Source of the DNA: Gemmatimonadales bacterium
GTDB taxonomy: Bacteria > Gemmatimonadota > Gemmatimonadetes > Gemmatimonadales > GWC2-71-9
DNA length: 64,000 bases
Direction: 5' to 3'
Assembly (NCBI GenBank): GCA_037189525.1
Contig: JBBCJC010000002.1
Coordinates: 608,001 to 672,000, forward strand
Below the pieces are notes generated by a model. That model made no database searches. It had not been told where the DNA came from and saw only the letters and a list, made by a program, of their open reading frames with translations. The number at the start of each line of letters is the position of its first letter. Positions within the stretch are counted from its first letter, which is position 1. Shown piece after piece: positions 28,166-38,294 of this stretch. The translations under genes and the position numbers were made by a program.

Positions 28166-28941
28166 GGCGAATCCTGCGAGTCGTGGCCGGCCTTGCTGCC
28201 GCGGTACTGGTGCTGGCAACGGCTGAAGCCCAGCGGCGACGAGGCGGAGAGAGCGGAGCGGACGAGTATCCGCCGAACGTACCGTACGACGGTCGCTTCA
28301 CCTTCGTGCGAATCAAGTACCAGGCCCGTAGTGGCTTCGGTGACTTCGGCTTCGGTCGCGGCGACCCGCGCTGGAATCATGATTATCCGCGCGCGGAGCA
28401 GCATTTTACCCGAATCCTGGCCGAACTGACCACGGTGCGGCCGCGGATCGACGCATCGAACATCATAACGCTCGATGATCCGGACCTGTTCAAGTACCCG
28501 GTCGCGTACCTCTGTGAACCGGGATTCTGGGCGCCGACGGAGGTCGAGGTCGCAGCCCTCAAGGCGTACATTGCCAAGGGTGGGTTCCTGATCATCGACG
28601 ACTTCGCGGGTCGCCAGATCTTCAACCTGCAGGAGCAGCTTCGGCGGGTGCTTCCGGAGGCGCGGATGCAGCCGATTCCGGTCGAACATCCGATCTTCGA
28701 CTCCTTTTACCGGATTCGATCGTTCGATCAATACGTGCACCCGTACCAGCGGGTCCCAACCGAATTCCTCGGCATTTTCGAGGACAACGATCCCACCAAG
28801 CGCCTGATGGTGGCGATCAACTACAACGGCGACATCGCCGAGTATTGGGAATATTCCGACACCGACTGGTTTTCCATCGACCTGTCGAACGATGCCTACA
28901 AGCTTGGCGTCAACTACATCGTCTATGCGCTCACCCGCTGA
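28162..28941 (+). CDS. DUF4159-like secreted protein
   Basis: WNHDYPRAE, GGFLIIDDF, HPIFDSFY, LGVNYIVYALT; signal peptide. Confidence 0.82.
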   Translation: MRRILRVVAGLAAAVLVLATAEAQRRRGGESGADEYPPNVPYDGRFTFVRIKYQARSGFGDFGFGRGDPRWNHDYPRAEQHFTRILAELTTVRPRIDASNIITLDDPDLFKYPVAYLCEPGFWAPTEVEVAALKAYIAKGGFLIIDDFAGRQIFNLQEQLRRVLPEARMQPIPVEHPIFDSFYRIRSFDQYVHPYQRVPTEFLGIFEDNDPTKRLMVAINYNGDIAEYWEYSDTDWFSIDLSNDAYKLGVNYIVYALTR

Positions 28942-28953
28942 TCGAGGTCTCGC

Positions 28954-29988
28954 GTGACCCTGACAACATCATCCATCGGATCCGATGCCGACGACCGCAT
29001 CGTCGCAGATCGCCTGCACGCCGCTGCCGGGCGCATCAAGGCGGAAATCGCGAAGAAGATCATCGGGCAGGAGCCGATCATCGAGCAGTGCCTGATTGCG
29101 CTCCTGTCCGGCGGCAACTGCCTGCTGGTCGGCGTTCCCGGCCTGGCCAAGACGCTGCTGGTGCAAACGCTGGCGGAAGTGCTGGATCTGTCGTTCCAGC
29201 GGATTCAGTTCACGCCCGACCTGATGCCGTCGGACGTGACGGGAACGGATGTGATCCAGGATGATCCCGCCACCGGGCAGCGCCGCCTGGTCTTCATGCG
29301 CGGGCCGGTGTTCGCCAACGTGGTGCTGGCCGACGAGATCAACCGGACCCCTCCGAAAACCCAGGCGGCGCTGTTGGAAGCGATGCAGGAACGCCGAGTC
29401 ACGGTCCAGGGAAAGACCTATCCGCTCGAGCCGCCGTTTCATGTCTTTGCAACCCAGAACCCGATCGAGCTCGAAGGGACCTATCCGCTGCCGGAAGCGC
29501 AGCTCGATCGCTTCCTCTTCGAAGTCGTGCTCGATCATCTCCCCGAGGCTGATGAGATCCGGGTTGCCCGGCAGACGACCGGAGTACAGGGGGGAGCGCT
29601 CGAGCGCGTCGTGTCGGGTGCGGACCTGGTGCAATTCCAGCACCTGGTACGTCGGGTGCCGGTTGCCGACCCGGTGGTCGAATACGCGGTACGCTTGGTC
29701 CGGATGAGCCGACCGGCGGCGCCGGATTCGCCGGCGTTCATCCGGCAGTGGGTTTCCTATGGCGCAAGCGTGCGAGCAGCCCAGGCGTTGCTGCTCGGCG
29801 CCAAGTCGAAGGCTCTGCTCGACGGACGGGCGCACGTCGGTTTCGAAGACATTCGTTTCCTGGCTGCGCCCGTCTTGCGGCATCGCCTGCTGCTCAACTT
29901 CCAGGCGCGGGCCGAGCGGATCACGACCGACAGTATCATCGAGCAACTGGTGGCGGCCGTTCCGGTTCCGCGTTCAGGGATGGCCTGA
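28954..29988 (+). CDS. MoxR-family AAA+ ATPase
   Basis: GVPGLAKT, RIQFTPDLMPSD, LADEINRTPPKTQAALLEAMQE, ATQNPIELEGTYPLPEAQLDRF. Confidence 0.96.
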   Translation: MTLTTSSIGSDADDRIVADRLHAAAGRIKAEIAKKIIGQEPIIEQCLIALLSGGNCLLVGVPGLAKTLLVQTLAEVLDLSFQRIQFTPDLMPSDVTGTDVIQDDPATGQRRLVFMRGPVFANVVLADEINRTPPKTQAALLEAMQERRVTVQGKTYPLEPPFHVFATQNPIELEGTYPLPEAQLDRFLFEVVLDHLPEADEIRVARQTTGVQGGALERVVSGADLVQFQHLVRRVPVADPVVEYAVRLVRMSRPAAPDSPAFIRQWVSYGASVRAAQALLLGAKSKALLDGRAHVGFEDIRFLAAPVLRHRLLLNFQARAERITTDSIIEQLVAAVPVPRSGMA

Positions 29989-30884
29989 TGGCTCCGTCGC
30001 CCAGCTTGCTCGATCCCGTCGTCCTGGCCCGCATCGGCGATCTCTCGCTGATTGCGCGGACCATCGTCGACGGGTTCATGCACGGCTTGCATCGCGCGCC
30101 GAGGCTGGGCCACTCGACCGAGTTTGCGGAGCATCGATCGTATCAGCCGGGAGATGATCTGCGCCGGCTCGACTGGCGGGTCTATGGCCGGACCGATCGC
30201 TACTATATCAAGGAGTACGAGGCCGATACCAACGTCTCGGTCCTGCTGGCACTCGATGTGTCGAAGTCGATGGAGTTCGGTACCGCCGGTGTGACCAAGC
30301 TCACGTATGCCAAGATGCTGATCGCTGCGCTGGCCTGGTTTTCACAGCGGCAGGGCGACCGGATCGGGCTGGTCTTGTATGCCGACCGTGTGCTCCGATA
30401 CGTGCCACCATCGACTCGTCATCTGTGGTTGGTCTTGCACGAGCTTGCCAACGCGTCGGCCTCGGGGTCGGGTGGAGGCATCGAGGCTAATCCGGCCATC
30501 AACGAACTGCTCGATCGCGGCGGCATCACCATCTTCGTATCCGACTGGTACGCACCGCCCGAGGCCGTTACGAACGCGCTCGGCCAGGTGCGGGTACGCG
30601 GGCATGATGTGATTGCCTTTCATGTCGTCGACCCTGCTGAGCAGACCTTTCCCTATAGCGATGCGGCGAGTTTCGAAGACCTCGAAACGGGGGAGCGGAT
30701 CTCCCTGGCTCCGGAACGTCTCCGTCCGGCGTACCGGGCGGCCTACGACGAGCATCTCGCGCAGCTGGCGTCGCTGCTGTCCCGATCGAGTGTCGACTAT
30801 GAGCGGGTAGTGACATCGGATCCGCTCGATCGCGCGCTGTACCGATATCTCCACCAGCGCGAAGCGCTGGCGCGGGTACGCTGA
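29988..30884 (+). CDS. DUF58 vWA-domain MoxR partner
   Basis: EFAEHRSYQPGDDLRRLDW, LDVSKSM, QGDRIG, VSD. Confidence 0.93.
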   Translation: MAPSPSLLDPVVLARIGDLSLIARTIVDGFMHGLHRAPRLGHSTEFAEHRSYQPGDDLRRLDWRVYGRTDRYYIKEYEADTNVSVLLALDVSKSMEFGTAGVTKLTYAKMLIAALAWFSQRQGDRIGLVLYADRVLRYVPPSTRHLWLVLHELANASASGSGGGIEANPAINELLDRGGITIFVSDWYAPPEAVTNALGQVRVRGHDVIAFHVVDPAEQTFPYSDAASFEDLETGERISLAPERLRPAYRAAYDEHLAQLASLLSRSSVDYERVVTSDPLDRALYRYLHQREALARVR

Positions 30885-30886
30885 TC

Positions 30887-32929
30887 ATGGGACTCGGCTG
30901 GCTGGTGCCGGCGTTGCTGGCGGGGTTGGCAGCCATCGTGGTGCCGATCCTGGTACACTTGCGGCAACGCGAACGGCGTGACCCGGTCGCCTTTCCGTCC
31001 CTGATGTTCCTTCGCCGGATTCCGAGCCGTACGGCGGAACGTCGCCGGATTACCCACCCGCTGTTGCTCCTGCTTCGTGCCATTGCCGTGGCGGCTCTGG
31101 TTGCCGCGTTTGCCCGACCATTTTGGCGTCAGGCCGATCCGAGTCCTGCGGCTGGTGACGTGCGTCGGACCCTGATCGTGGCCGTCGATCGCTCGCTCAG
31201 CATGGGGTATCGCGGAGTGTGGGAGCGCGCCAGAGATTCGATCGATGCCGTGCTCGGCACGCTCGGGTCGGGCGACCATGCCGCGCTGATTGCTTTCGAC
31301 GACGCGGCCGAGATTCTGGCGCGGTCGAGTGCCGACCTGGCGAGCGTTCGAACGGTGCTCGGGTCGCTCTCGCCCGGCTCGGCCGGGAGCCGGATTGCTC
31401 CCGCCATCCGGGTTGCACGAGATCTGGCCGCCGAGGCGCGGGGCACTGCGATCGAGGTCGTGATCGTATCTGATCTTCAGCGGCATGCGCTGACCGGTCT
31501 CGAATCGGTCGAGCGTATTCCCGGGGCGACCATGCGGTTCGTCTCGGTCGCGGAGCCCGATCCCGCCAATGCCAGGGTGGTGCAGGTCGACGTCGATCGG
31601 CGGACCGAGGGGCGGCGGACCCGTCTGGCGGTTAGCGCACCGATCGCGTCGAAGGGAGCAGCCGGGCGCGACACGCGTGTCAGCCTGTTGGTCAATGGCC
31701 GTGAGCTTGCCACGACTCGGGTCACCTTGAGCGCCTCCGGCATGACGACGGCCAGCTTCGACCCTGTCTGGATTGCGGAGGGCGATGGCGTCGCAGCCGT
31801 GGCGCTGGAGCCCGATGCGTTGGCGGCCGACGACACGCTTCGGTTCTCACTCTCCGCGGCCGCGGGTGTACCGGTATTGTTGCTCGTACCACCGGGAACC
31901 TCGCAGGACGAAGCCGTATTCCTCGAACGTGCGTTAGCCATCAATCGTTCACCGGCTCTCGCAGTAACGGTCCGTCGCAGTGCCGGGCCTTCGGCTGCGG
32001 ATCTCGGCCAGACTCGTGTGGTGGTCGCGGCAAATGCGGGCGCGGTATCGACGGCAGGGATGACGGCGCTGCGCAGCTTCGTCGAGCGAGGTGGTGGAGT
32101 CGTCTTCCTGGCCGGACCGGCGGCGTTCGGTGCCAACGCTGCCTGGCTACCAGCCACCATCGGAGGCGTGATCGATCGGATCAGCGACCGGGGTGGTCGC
32201 CTGGGACAGCTCGACGGCGATCATCCCGTCTTCGAACCGTTCAAGGAAGCGCTTGCCCGGGATTTCGGTACCGCGCGCTTCTTCCGCTATCGCGATCTGA
32301 CCGCCGATTCGTCGGCGCAAGTCGCCGCGCGCTTCGATGACGGCCGCCCCGCCTTGATCGACGCCAGCGCGAGCGGTGGCCGAGTGGTCGTATCGGCGCT
32401 GGCAGTGGGGACGCTCTGGTCGGACTTCGCGTTGCAGCCGGTCTTCCTGCCGTTGATGCAGCAACTGGTGGCCCATGTCGGACAACTGCGGGACGAGAAG
32501 CGCTGGTATGCCGCGGGTGAGGCGGCTGCAATGCCTCAGGGTGCCGGGGCCCTCACGCTGATCGACCCCGCCGGTGGAAGCCAGCGGATTGCGGCCGATA
32601 GCGCCCGAACTGTCGCGCTGCCCGCCGTCGGCGTCTACCAGCTGCGGAGCGATTTGGCGTCGGCGCCTATTGCCCAGCTTGCGGTCAACCCCGCGCCCGT
32701 CGAATCCGACCTCACGGCCGTGACCCCGGCCGATGCACTGACCCAGCTCCGGGCTCCAGCGGACTCGGCCACCGCGCCGACGGTGGCGCCGCTCACCGCC
32801 GTCGAGCAGGAGAGGCGCCAGTCGTGGTGGAGCATTCTCCTCATCCTGGCGCTTTTGGCGCTGGGAGCCGAAACTCTGTATACGGCCCGCCTTGCCCGGC
32901 GGGTGCGGGAGACGGGAGGCAGCGTATGA
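30887..32929 (+). CDS. BatA N-terminal domain + vWA membrane protein
   Basis: PILVHL...FPSLMFL...LLLLR...AFARP; VDRSLSM, VSDLQ; C-terminal TM. Confidence 0.9.
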   Translation: MGLGWLVPALLAGLAAIVVPILVHLRQRERRDPVAFPSLMFLRRIPSRTAERRRITHPLLLLLRAIAVAALVAAFARPFWRQADPSPAAGDVRRTLIVAVDRSLSMGYRGVWERARDSIDAVLGTLGSGDHAALIAFDDAAEILARSSADLASVRTVLGSLSPGSAGSRIAPAIRVARDLAAEARGTAIEVVIVSDLQRHALTGLESVERIPGATMRFVSVAEPDPANARVVQVDVDRRTEGRRTRLAVSAPIASKGAAGRDTRVSLLVNGRELATTRVTLSASGMTTASFDPVWIAEGDGVAAVALEPDALAADDTLRFSLSAAAGVPVLLLVPPGTSQDEAVFLERALAINRSPALAVTVRRSAGPSAADLGQTRVVVAANAGAVSTAGMTALRSFVERGGGVVFLAGPAAFGANAAWLPATIGGVIDRISDRGGRLGQLDGDHPVFEPFKEALARDFGTARFFRYRDLTADSSAQVAARFDDGRPALIDASASGGRVVVSALAVGTLWSDFALQPVFLPLMQQLVAHVGQLRDEKRWYAAGEAAAMPQGAGALTLIDPAGGSQRIAADSARTVALPAVGVYQLRSDLASAPIAQLAVNPAPVESDLTAVTPADALTQLRAPADSATAPTVAPLTAVEQERRQSWWSILLILALLALGAETLYTARLARRVRETGGSV

Positions 32930-35900
32930 CCGACCGAGATCATATCCACGCGGCGCTCGACCAGATCCGGGCGCGCTGGCGTCGCCGTCTGGCGCTCGAG
33001 TCGGTGGTGGTGCTGGCCGTCGTGATGGTGGGGCTGGTCGTCGTCGCCGGTCTGGTGTGGGGACTGATCCGCGAGCGCGATACCACGATCAGTGCCGCGC
33101 GCTGGATCGCCGGGCTGGCGGTTGTGATCACGGCGCTGGTCCTGGTTCGGCGCTGGTCGCAGCGCCGTCCCTCGTCTGCGCAGGTAGCTTTGTATGTCGA
33201 AGAGCGATCTCCCGACCTTCGGGCCGCGTTGCTCAGCTCGGTTACCGTCGAGACCGACCCGAATGCGTCTGCGGGGCTGGCGGAGCGGGTCTTTGCGGTG
33301 GCACGGCGTGGATTGGCCTCGATCGACGATGGCCGCCATCTGGAACGCGATCGGGTCCGCCGCGCCGCCGGACGGTTTGGCGGATTGATCCTGGCGTCCG
33401 GCGCGCTACTGGCCTTTGGACCTGCCGGGTTCCGCGATGCGACACTGAGCCTGATCAACCCGTGGCGGCCGGTTGCGCGCGCGCCGGTTTTCTCGGTGGA
33501 CGTCCTGCCCGGTAATGCCGAAGTGCCCAGGGGTGGAGCCGTCGACGTTGCTGCCCAGCTGGCAGGATTCACCAGCCCAGCCGCCGAGCTGGTCTTTCGG
33601 ACCGACTCCACCGCCGAGTGGGAGCGGCTTCCCATGGCGCAGGATACGGTACTGGGTCGGTTCACGTCGCGCCTGTTCGATGTTGCCGCCGCGGTCGATT
33701 ACTTCGTCGAATCGGAGGGAGTGCGTTCCCCCGCCTTCCGGCTCACCGTGGTCGATCTTCCCGCAGTGCGCAGCGTCTCGGCCACAATCGAGCCGCCTCG
33801 ATATACCGGTCTGCCGGTCGAGTCGGTCGAAGCTGCTGGAGACCTGGCGGTACTGACCGGCAGTCTGGTCCGCCTCAGTGCGCAGCCGACCCGATCCGCC
33901 CAGGCGGCCTTTCTCGTGGTCGAGGGACGGCCACCTGAGGTCATGACGATCGGGCCGGCCGGTGCCTGGAGCGCGTCGGTGCGGGTCGGTAGTGATCTCT
34001 TCTGGCGGATCGATCTCGTGGCCGATGACGGTCGCAGGGTAACCGGTTTGCAGTACGCAATCGATGCCCTGGAGGATGCGGCGCCGACGGTCCGGTTTTC
34101 CGCGCCGGGCCGGGATACCAAGCCCACCTCCATCGAAGAGGTCACGGCACAGGTCGAGGCGTTCGATGACTTCGGAGTCCGCCGCCTGCTCCTGCATGTC
34201 AGCGTCAACGGCGCGGCTCCGACGACCCACACCCTGACCGACACCACGGCGCGGGTGCTCCGGGACGTGGCTGCTGCGCACACCTTCTTTCTGGAGGAAT
34301 GGTCGCTCAAGCCGGGCGACCTCGTCTCCTATCATGCGGAGGCCATCGACGGCGCCGGGCAGTCCGGTGTCAGCGACATGTACTTCCTGGAAATTCGCCC
34401 CTTCGATCGGACCTATCGGGAAGCGGAACAAGGCGGGGGTGGCGGCGGAGGGGGAGGCGGTGAGGAACCCGATGGATTGGCCGAGCGCCAGCGCCTCATC
34501 GTGGTTGGAACTTTCAACGTCACCCGTGACAGCGCCGGCGATGCGCGGAGCTACCGGGAGAACATCACCACATTGGCCATCGGCGAAGGCCGGCTCCGCG
34601 AGGATGTCGCGGAACTCCGCCGCCGCATGGCGCAGCGCGGAATGGTGCAGGTGGACTCGACGTTCGTGGTCATCGGTGAGGCGCTCGATTCTGCCGCCAT
34701 CCATCTGCAGGAGGCGGAGGAACGTCTCGGTCGCCAGAATCCCCGGGCCGCATTGCCGGCGGCGCAGCAGGCGTTGACCCATCTCCAACGGGCCGAGGCT
34801 GCGTACCGTGAGGTGCAGGTGGCGCGGGGGAATCAGCAGGGCGGGGGTGGAGGCGGAGGGCAGCAGCGGAACGCCGAGGAACTGGCCGATCTGTTCGAGC
34901 TGGAAACGGATCGATTGCAGAACCAGTACGAGTCGATGCCGCGCGATCAGGGCGCCGAGGCCGAGCGAAACCTCGACGAAACGGCGGAACGGCTCCGGCG
35001 GCTGGCGGCGCGACAGCAGCAGGAAAACGAGCGGATGTCGCGGATGGCGGATGCGTTGCGCAATCGCTCGTCGCAGGGGGGTGGTGGCGGGAGCAATGCG
35101 CAGCGCCAGCTGGCGGACGAAACGGCGGACGCAGCCCGACAACTCGAGCGGCTGGCGCGGGAACGCCAGGACCAGGGGATGGCGGACGCGGCGCGCCGGC
35201 TCCGTGAGGCAGCCGATCGGATGCGCCGCGCGGCCGGCACCGATCCGCAGTCGGCGCCGGGCCAGGGCAACGAGGCGCTGGAGCAGTTGCGTGACGCGGC
35301 GCGGCAGCTCGAACGCTCGCGATCCGAGAGCCGGCAGGACGAGATTCGTCGGCTCGAGGCGCGAGCTGAGGGGTTACGCCAGCGCCAGCGTGAAACGGCC
35401 GAGCAGGCTACGTCGCTCCCCGCCGATCCGACGGAACGCCGTCGCCGTGCCGCCGCGCTGGCTGAGCGGAAGGAAGAGATGGCGCGGGACGCAGAGCAGC
35501 TTGCTGCGGATACGGATCGGTTGTCGCGAGACGCCGCCCGCGAGCAGCCGGCTGCCGCTCGGAAACTTGCCGAAGCGGCCGAAGGAATGCGTACCGACCG
35601 GATCGGCGACAAGCTTCGGTTCTCGCAGAGCCTGCTGCAGCGCGGATCGCAGGAGTACGTGCGACAGTTCGAGGATCAGATCGCCGAGAATCTGGCTGAG
35701 GCCGCGGGGCGGCTCCGAGAAGCATCGCGAAGTCTGAGTCAGGCGGAAGGCAGCCGAGAGAATCGGGCCATGGAGCGGGCCCGGGATCTGGTTCGCGGGC
35801 TCGAGTCGCTCAACGAGCGTGCCCGGGCCGAGCAGCGCCGCAATCAGGGAGGGCAGGCGCCGGGGTCTCAGGCTCCGGGAGAAACCCGCGACCCCAGTTC

Positions 35901-36321
35901 GAGTGAGGCCGCTCCGCCTGCCGGCAGTACGCGGAATGGCGCACCGGAAGGGGCCGATGCCCGGCCGGGCCGGCAGTTTTCCCGGGAGTTCCGAATCCGC
36001 CGTCAGGCGGCGGAGTCACTGCGGGCGGATCTCCGCGCACTCGGCGAGGAGACGGCGCCGCTCGATCGCGTCTTGCAGCAATTCCGCCAGCTCGACGATC
36101 AGCGCACCTTTGAGAATCCGGCGGCGCTGGATCGCCTGGAGCGGGATCTGATCGCGGGCCTCAAGGAGATCGAATTTGCGCTCTGGCGTCGATTTGGCGA
36201 CGACAACGGACAGCGCCCTGCGGCCGGAGCGACGGCTCGAGTCCCGCCCAGGTATCGGGAACTGGTAGAGGAATACTACCGGGCGCTAGCCAGGCAGCGT
36301 CCCCCGCCTGCAGTTCCGTAG
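32926..36321 (+). CDS. Large membrane-anchored beta-domain and coiled-coil protein (DUF4175-like)
   Basis: N-terminal TMs; beta-rich region PPRYTG...DDFG...LKPGD..SY; Gly-rich linkers; Q/R/E coiled coil; VPPRYRELVEEYYRAL tail. Confidence 0.8.
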   Translation: MTDRDHIHAALDQIRARWRRRLALESVVVLAVVMVGLVVVAGLVWGLIRERDTTISAARWIAGLAVVITALVLVRRWSQRRPSSAQVALYVEERSPDLRAALLSSVTVETDPNASAGLAERVFAVARRGLASIDDGRHLERDRVRRAAGRFGGLILASGALLAFGPAGFRDATLSLINPWRPVARAPVFSVDVLPGNAEVPRGGAVDVAAQLAGFTSPAAELVFRTDSTAEWERLPMAQDTVLGRFTSRLFDVAAAVDYFVESEGVRSPAFRLTVVDLPAVRSVSATIEPPRYTGLPVESVEAAGDLAVLTGSLVRLSAQPTRSAQAAFLVVEGRPPEVMTIGPAGAWSASVRVGSDLFWRIDLVADDGRRVTGLQYAIDALEDAAPTVRFSAPGRDTKPTSIEEVTAQVEAFDDFGVRRLLLHVSVNGAAPTTHTLTDTTARVLRDVAAAHTFFLEEWSLKPGDLVSYHAEAIDGAGQSGVSDMYFLEIRPFDRTYREAEQGGGGGGGGGGEEPDGLAERQRLIVVGTFNVTRDSAGDARSYRENITTLAIGEGRLREDVAELRRRMAQRGMVQVDSTFVVIGEALDSAAIHLQEAEERLGRQNPRAALPAAQQALTHLQRAEAAYREVQVARGNQQGGGGGGGQQRNAEELADLFELETDRLQNQYESMPRDQGAEAERNLDETAERLRRLAARQQQENERMSRMADALRNRSSQGGGGGSNAQRQLADETADAARQLERLARERQDQGMADAARRLREAADRMRRAAGTDPQSAPGQGNEALEQLRDAARQLERSRSESRQDEIRRLEARAEGLRQRQRETAEQATSLPADPTERRRRAAALAERKEEMARDAEQLAADTDRLSRDAAREQPAAARKLAEAAEGMRTDRIGDKLRFSQSLLQRGSQEYVRQFEDQIAENLAEAAGRLREASRSLSQAEGSRENRAMERARDLVRGLESLNERARAEQRRNQGGQAPGSQAPGETRDPSSSEAAPPAGSTRNGAPEGADARPGRQFSREFRIRRQAAESLRADLRALGEETAPLDRVLQQFRQLDDQRTFENPAALDRLERDLIAGLKEIEFALWRRFGDDNGQRPAAGATARVPPRYRELVEEYYRALARQRPPPAVP

Positions 36322-36328
36322 GCTGCCG

Positions 36329-36355
36329 GGAAACCGTTCCGACCTCGTCGGCGTA
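36329..36355 (+). promoter_or_regulatory. ECF-type promoter of the M61 peptidase
   Basis: GGAAAC-N17-CGTA. Confidence 0.55.
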
Positions 36356-36409
36356 GGGAGAAGTCTCTTCGGCGGGGTCGACAACCCGATCATCGAATTT
36401 CGTGAGATC

Positions 36410-38224
36410 ATGAAGAATCTGAAGCGTCTGCTCTGGTCGGGTCTCCTGATGACCGCCGCAGTTGCCGGGGGCATCAGCACGCTCTCGGCGCAGTCCGCCG
36501 CACCGGTTTCCGCGATCGAGTACCAGTTGACCTTCACCCGTGCTTCCGCGGCGACCCGATCGATCGATGTCGCGATGCGGTTCACCGCCGGAGCGGCCGG
36601 ACCGGTCGAACTGTCGTTACCCGCCTGGACGCCAGGCGCGTATGAACTCAGCTTTTTCGCCAAACGCGTGCTCGACTTCCGAGCCGTGCAAGGTGCGCAA
36701 CAGCTGCGCTGGGACAAGCGCGACTACGATACCTGGCGGGTCCAGGTCGGCAGCCCGGGTCCGGTCGAGGTCCGCTTTCGTTTCCTGGCGGACACGCTCG
36801 ACAACGCCATGGCGTGGGCGCGTGAGGACTTTGCCTTCGTCAATGGGACCAATGTCTTTCTCTATCCCGAAGGCTCAGATCTCGCCTTCCCGGCGACGGT
36901 CCGGGTCGAAACCGAGGCGGACTGGCAGGTGGCGACCGGGATGAATATCGCGGGTGCCCGCCGCTTTGATGCGCAGAACTATCACGATCTGGTCGACATG
37001 CCCTTCTTCGTCGGCCGAATCGAGTTGGATTCGCTGCAGGTCGAAGGTCGGTGGCATCGGCTCGCAACGTATCCCGTCGGGGCTTTGGCGGGGCCGAATC
37101 GGCAGACCCTCTGGCGCCAGATCCAAACCATGGTCCCCACCATGTCACGGGTCTTCGGAGAAACGCCCTGGCAGCACTACACCACCATGCTGGTGTTCGA
37201 CTCCGGGTACGGCGGCGGCAGCGCGCTCGAACACCAGAACTCGCATGTCGGGATCTATCATCCCGGATTTGCGGGGTCGGAGGTGCTCGCGTCGATCACG
37301 GCGCACGAGATCTTCCATGCCTGGAACGTCAAGCTGCTGCGGCCGGCCGATCTGGTGCCCTACCGGTACGACCGGGCCCAGCCGACCACCCTGCTCTGGG
37401 TCAGTGAGGGCATTACCGACTACTATGCCGACCTGGCGTTGGTGCGTGCTGGTATCATCGACTCCACGGTCTTCCTCAATGTGACCGGAGGCAAACAACA
37501 GGAAGTCGATGCGCTGCCGCCCGTTGCGCTGGAGGATGCGTCCCTCTCGACCTGGATCCAGCCGAGTGACGGCACCGGGACGATTTACTATCCCAAGGGT
37601 TCGTTGGCGGGATTGCTGCTCGACATCATGATTCGCGACGCCAGCGACAACAAGGCCTCGCTCGACGACGTGATGCGCTCGCTGTACCGATCGACGGCCA
37701 AGGCGGGTGGTCGCGGCTTTACCACCGACGACTGGTGGCGGGCCGTCAGTGCCGCCGCGGGCCGGCCCGACTTCACCGACTTTGCGGCCAGGTACATCGA
37801 CGGACGTGATCCGTTTCCGTGGGCATCGGTTGGTCCGCTAGCCGGGATCAGAATCGTCGTCGACAGCGTTCTGGAACCCAGGATCGGGGTCGCGACCCAT
37901 ACCGGCGCCGACGGGCGGGAGGTGATCACCCAGGTTGCGCCTGGGTCGGCCGCTGCGGGAGCAGGGCTCCGCGACGGCGATGAACTCGTTCGGGTGGGAG
38001 ACATCGCGGTCGATGCCGATTTCGGCGCGCTGTTCCGCATGCGTTATCGCCGCCGGATCGGAGAAGCCATTCCGGTGGTGGTTCGCAGGGAAGGCAAGGA
38101 ACTCACCGTTTCACTCGTGGTGCGCGGCGAGCAGCGGGTTGAACGACGGCTCGAGTACGATCGTCGCGCCTCGCTCAAGGCGGCACGGATTCGGAGCGGG
38201 ATCCTTCGGGGATCTACTGGATAA
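36410..38224 (+). CDS. M61 glycyl aminopeptidase with PDZ domain, secreted
   Basis: PAWTPGAY, ALEH, HEIFHAWN, WVSEGITDYY, YYPKG, PGSAAAGAGL. Confidence 0.93.
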   Translation: MKNLKRLLWSGLLMTAAVAGGISTLSAQSAAPVSAIEYQLTFTRASAATRSIDVAMRFTAGAAGPVELSLPAWTPGAYELSFFAKRVLDFRAVQGAQQLRWDKRDYDTWRVQVGSPGPVEVRFRFLADTLDNAMAWAREDFAFVNGTNVFLYPEGSDLAFPATVRVETEADWQVATGMNIAGARRFDAQNYHDLVDMPFFVGRIELDSLQVEGRWHRLATYPVGALAGPNRQTLWRQIQTMVPTMSRVFGETPWQHYTTMLVFDSGYGGGSALEHQNSHVGIYHPGFAGSEVLASITAHEIFHAWNVKLLRPADLVPYRYDRAQPTTLLWVSEGITDYYADLALVRAGIIDSTVFLNVTGGKQQEVDALPPVALEDASLSTWIQPSDGTGTIYYPKGSLAGLLLDIMIRDASDNKASLDDVMRSLYRSTAKAGGRGFTTDDWWRAVSAAAGRPDFTDFAARYIDGRDPFPWASVGPLAGIRIVVDSVLEPRIGVATHTGADGREVITQVAPGSAAAGAGLRDGDELVRVGDIAVDADFGALFRMRYRRRIGEAIPVVVRREGKELTVSLVVRGEQRVERRLEYDRRASLKAARIRSGILRGSTG

Positions 38225-38240
38225 GACGGAACCCCCGGGG

Positions 38241-38271
38241 AAAAAGAAAGGGCCGGCAGATGCCGGCCCTT
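38241..38271. terminator. Intrinsic terminator between convergent M61 and S41 genes
   Basis: aagggccggc/gccggccctt stem; T tract follows on the minus strand. Confidence 0.75.
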
Positions 38272-38294
38272 CTCATTTCCAGTGGCAGACCAGC

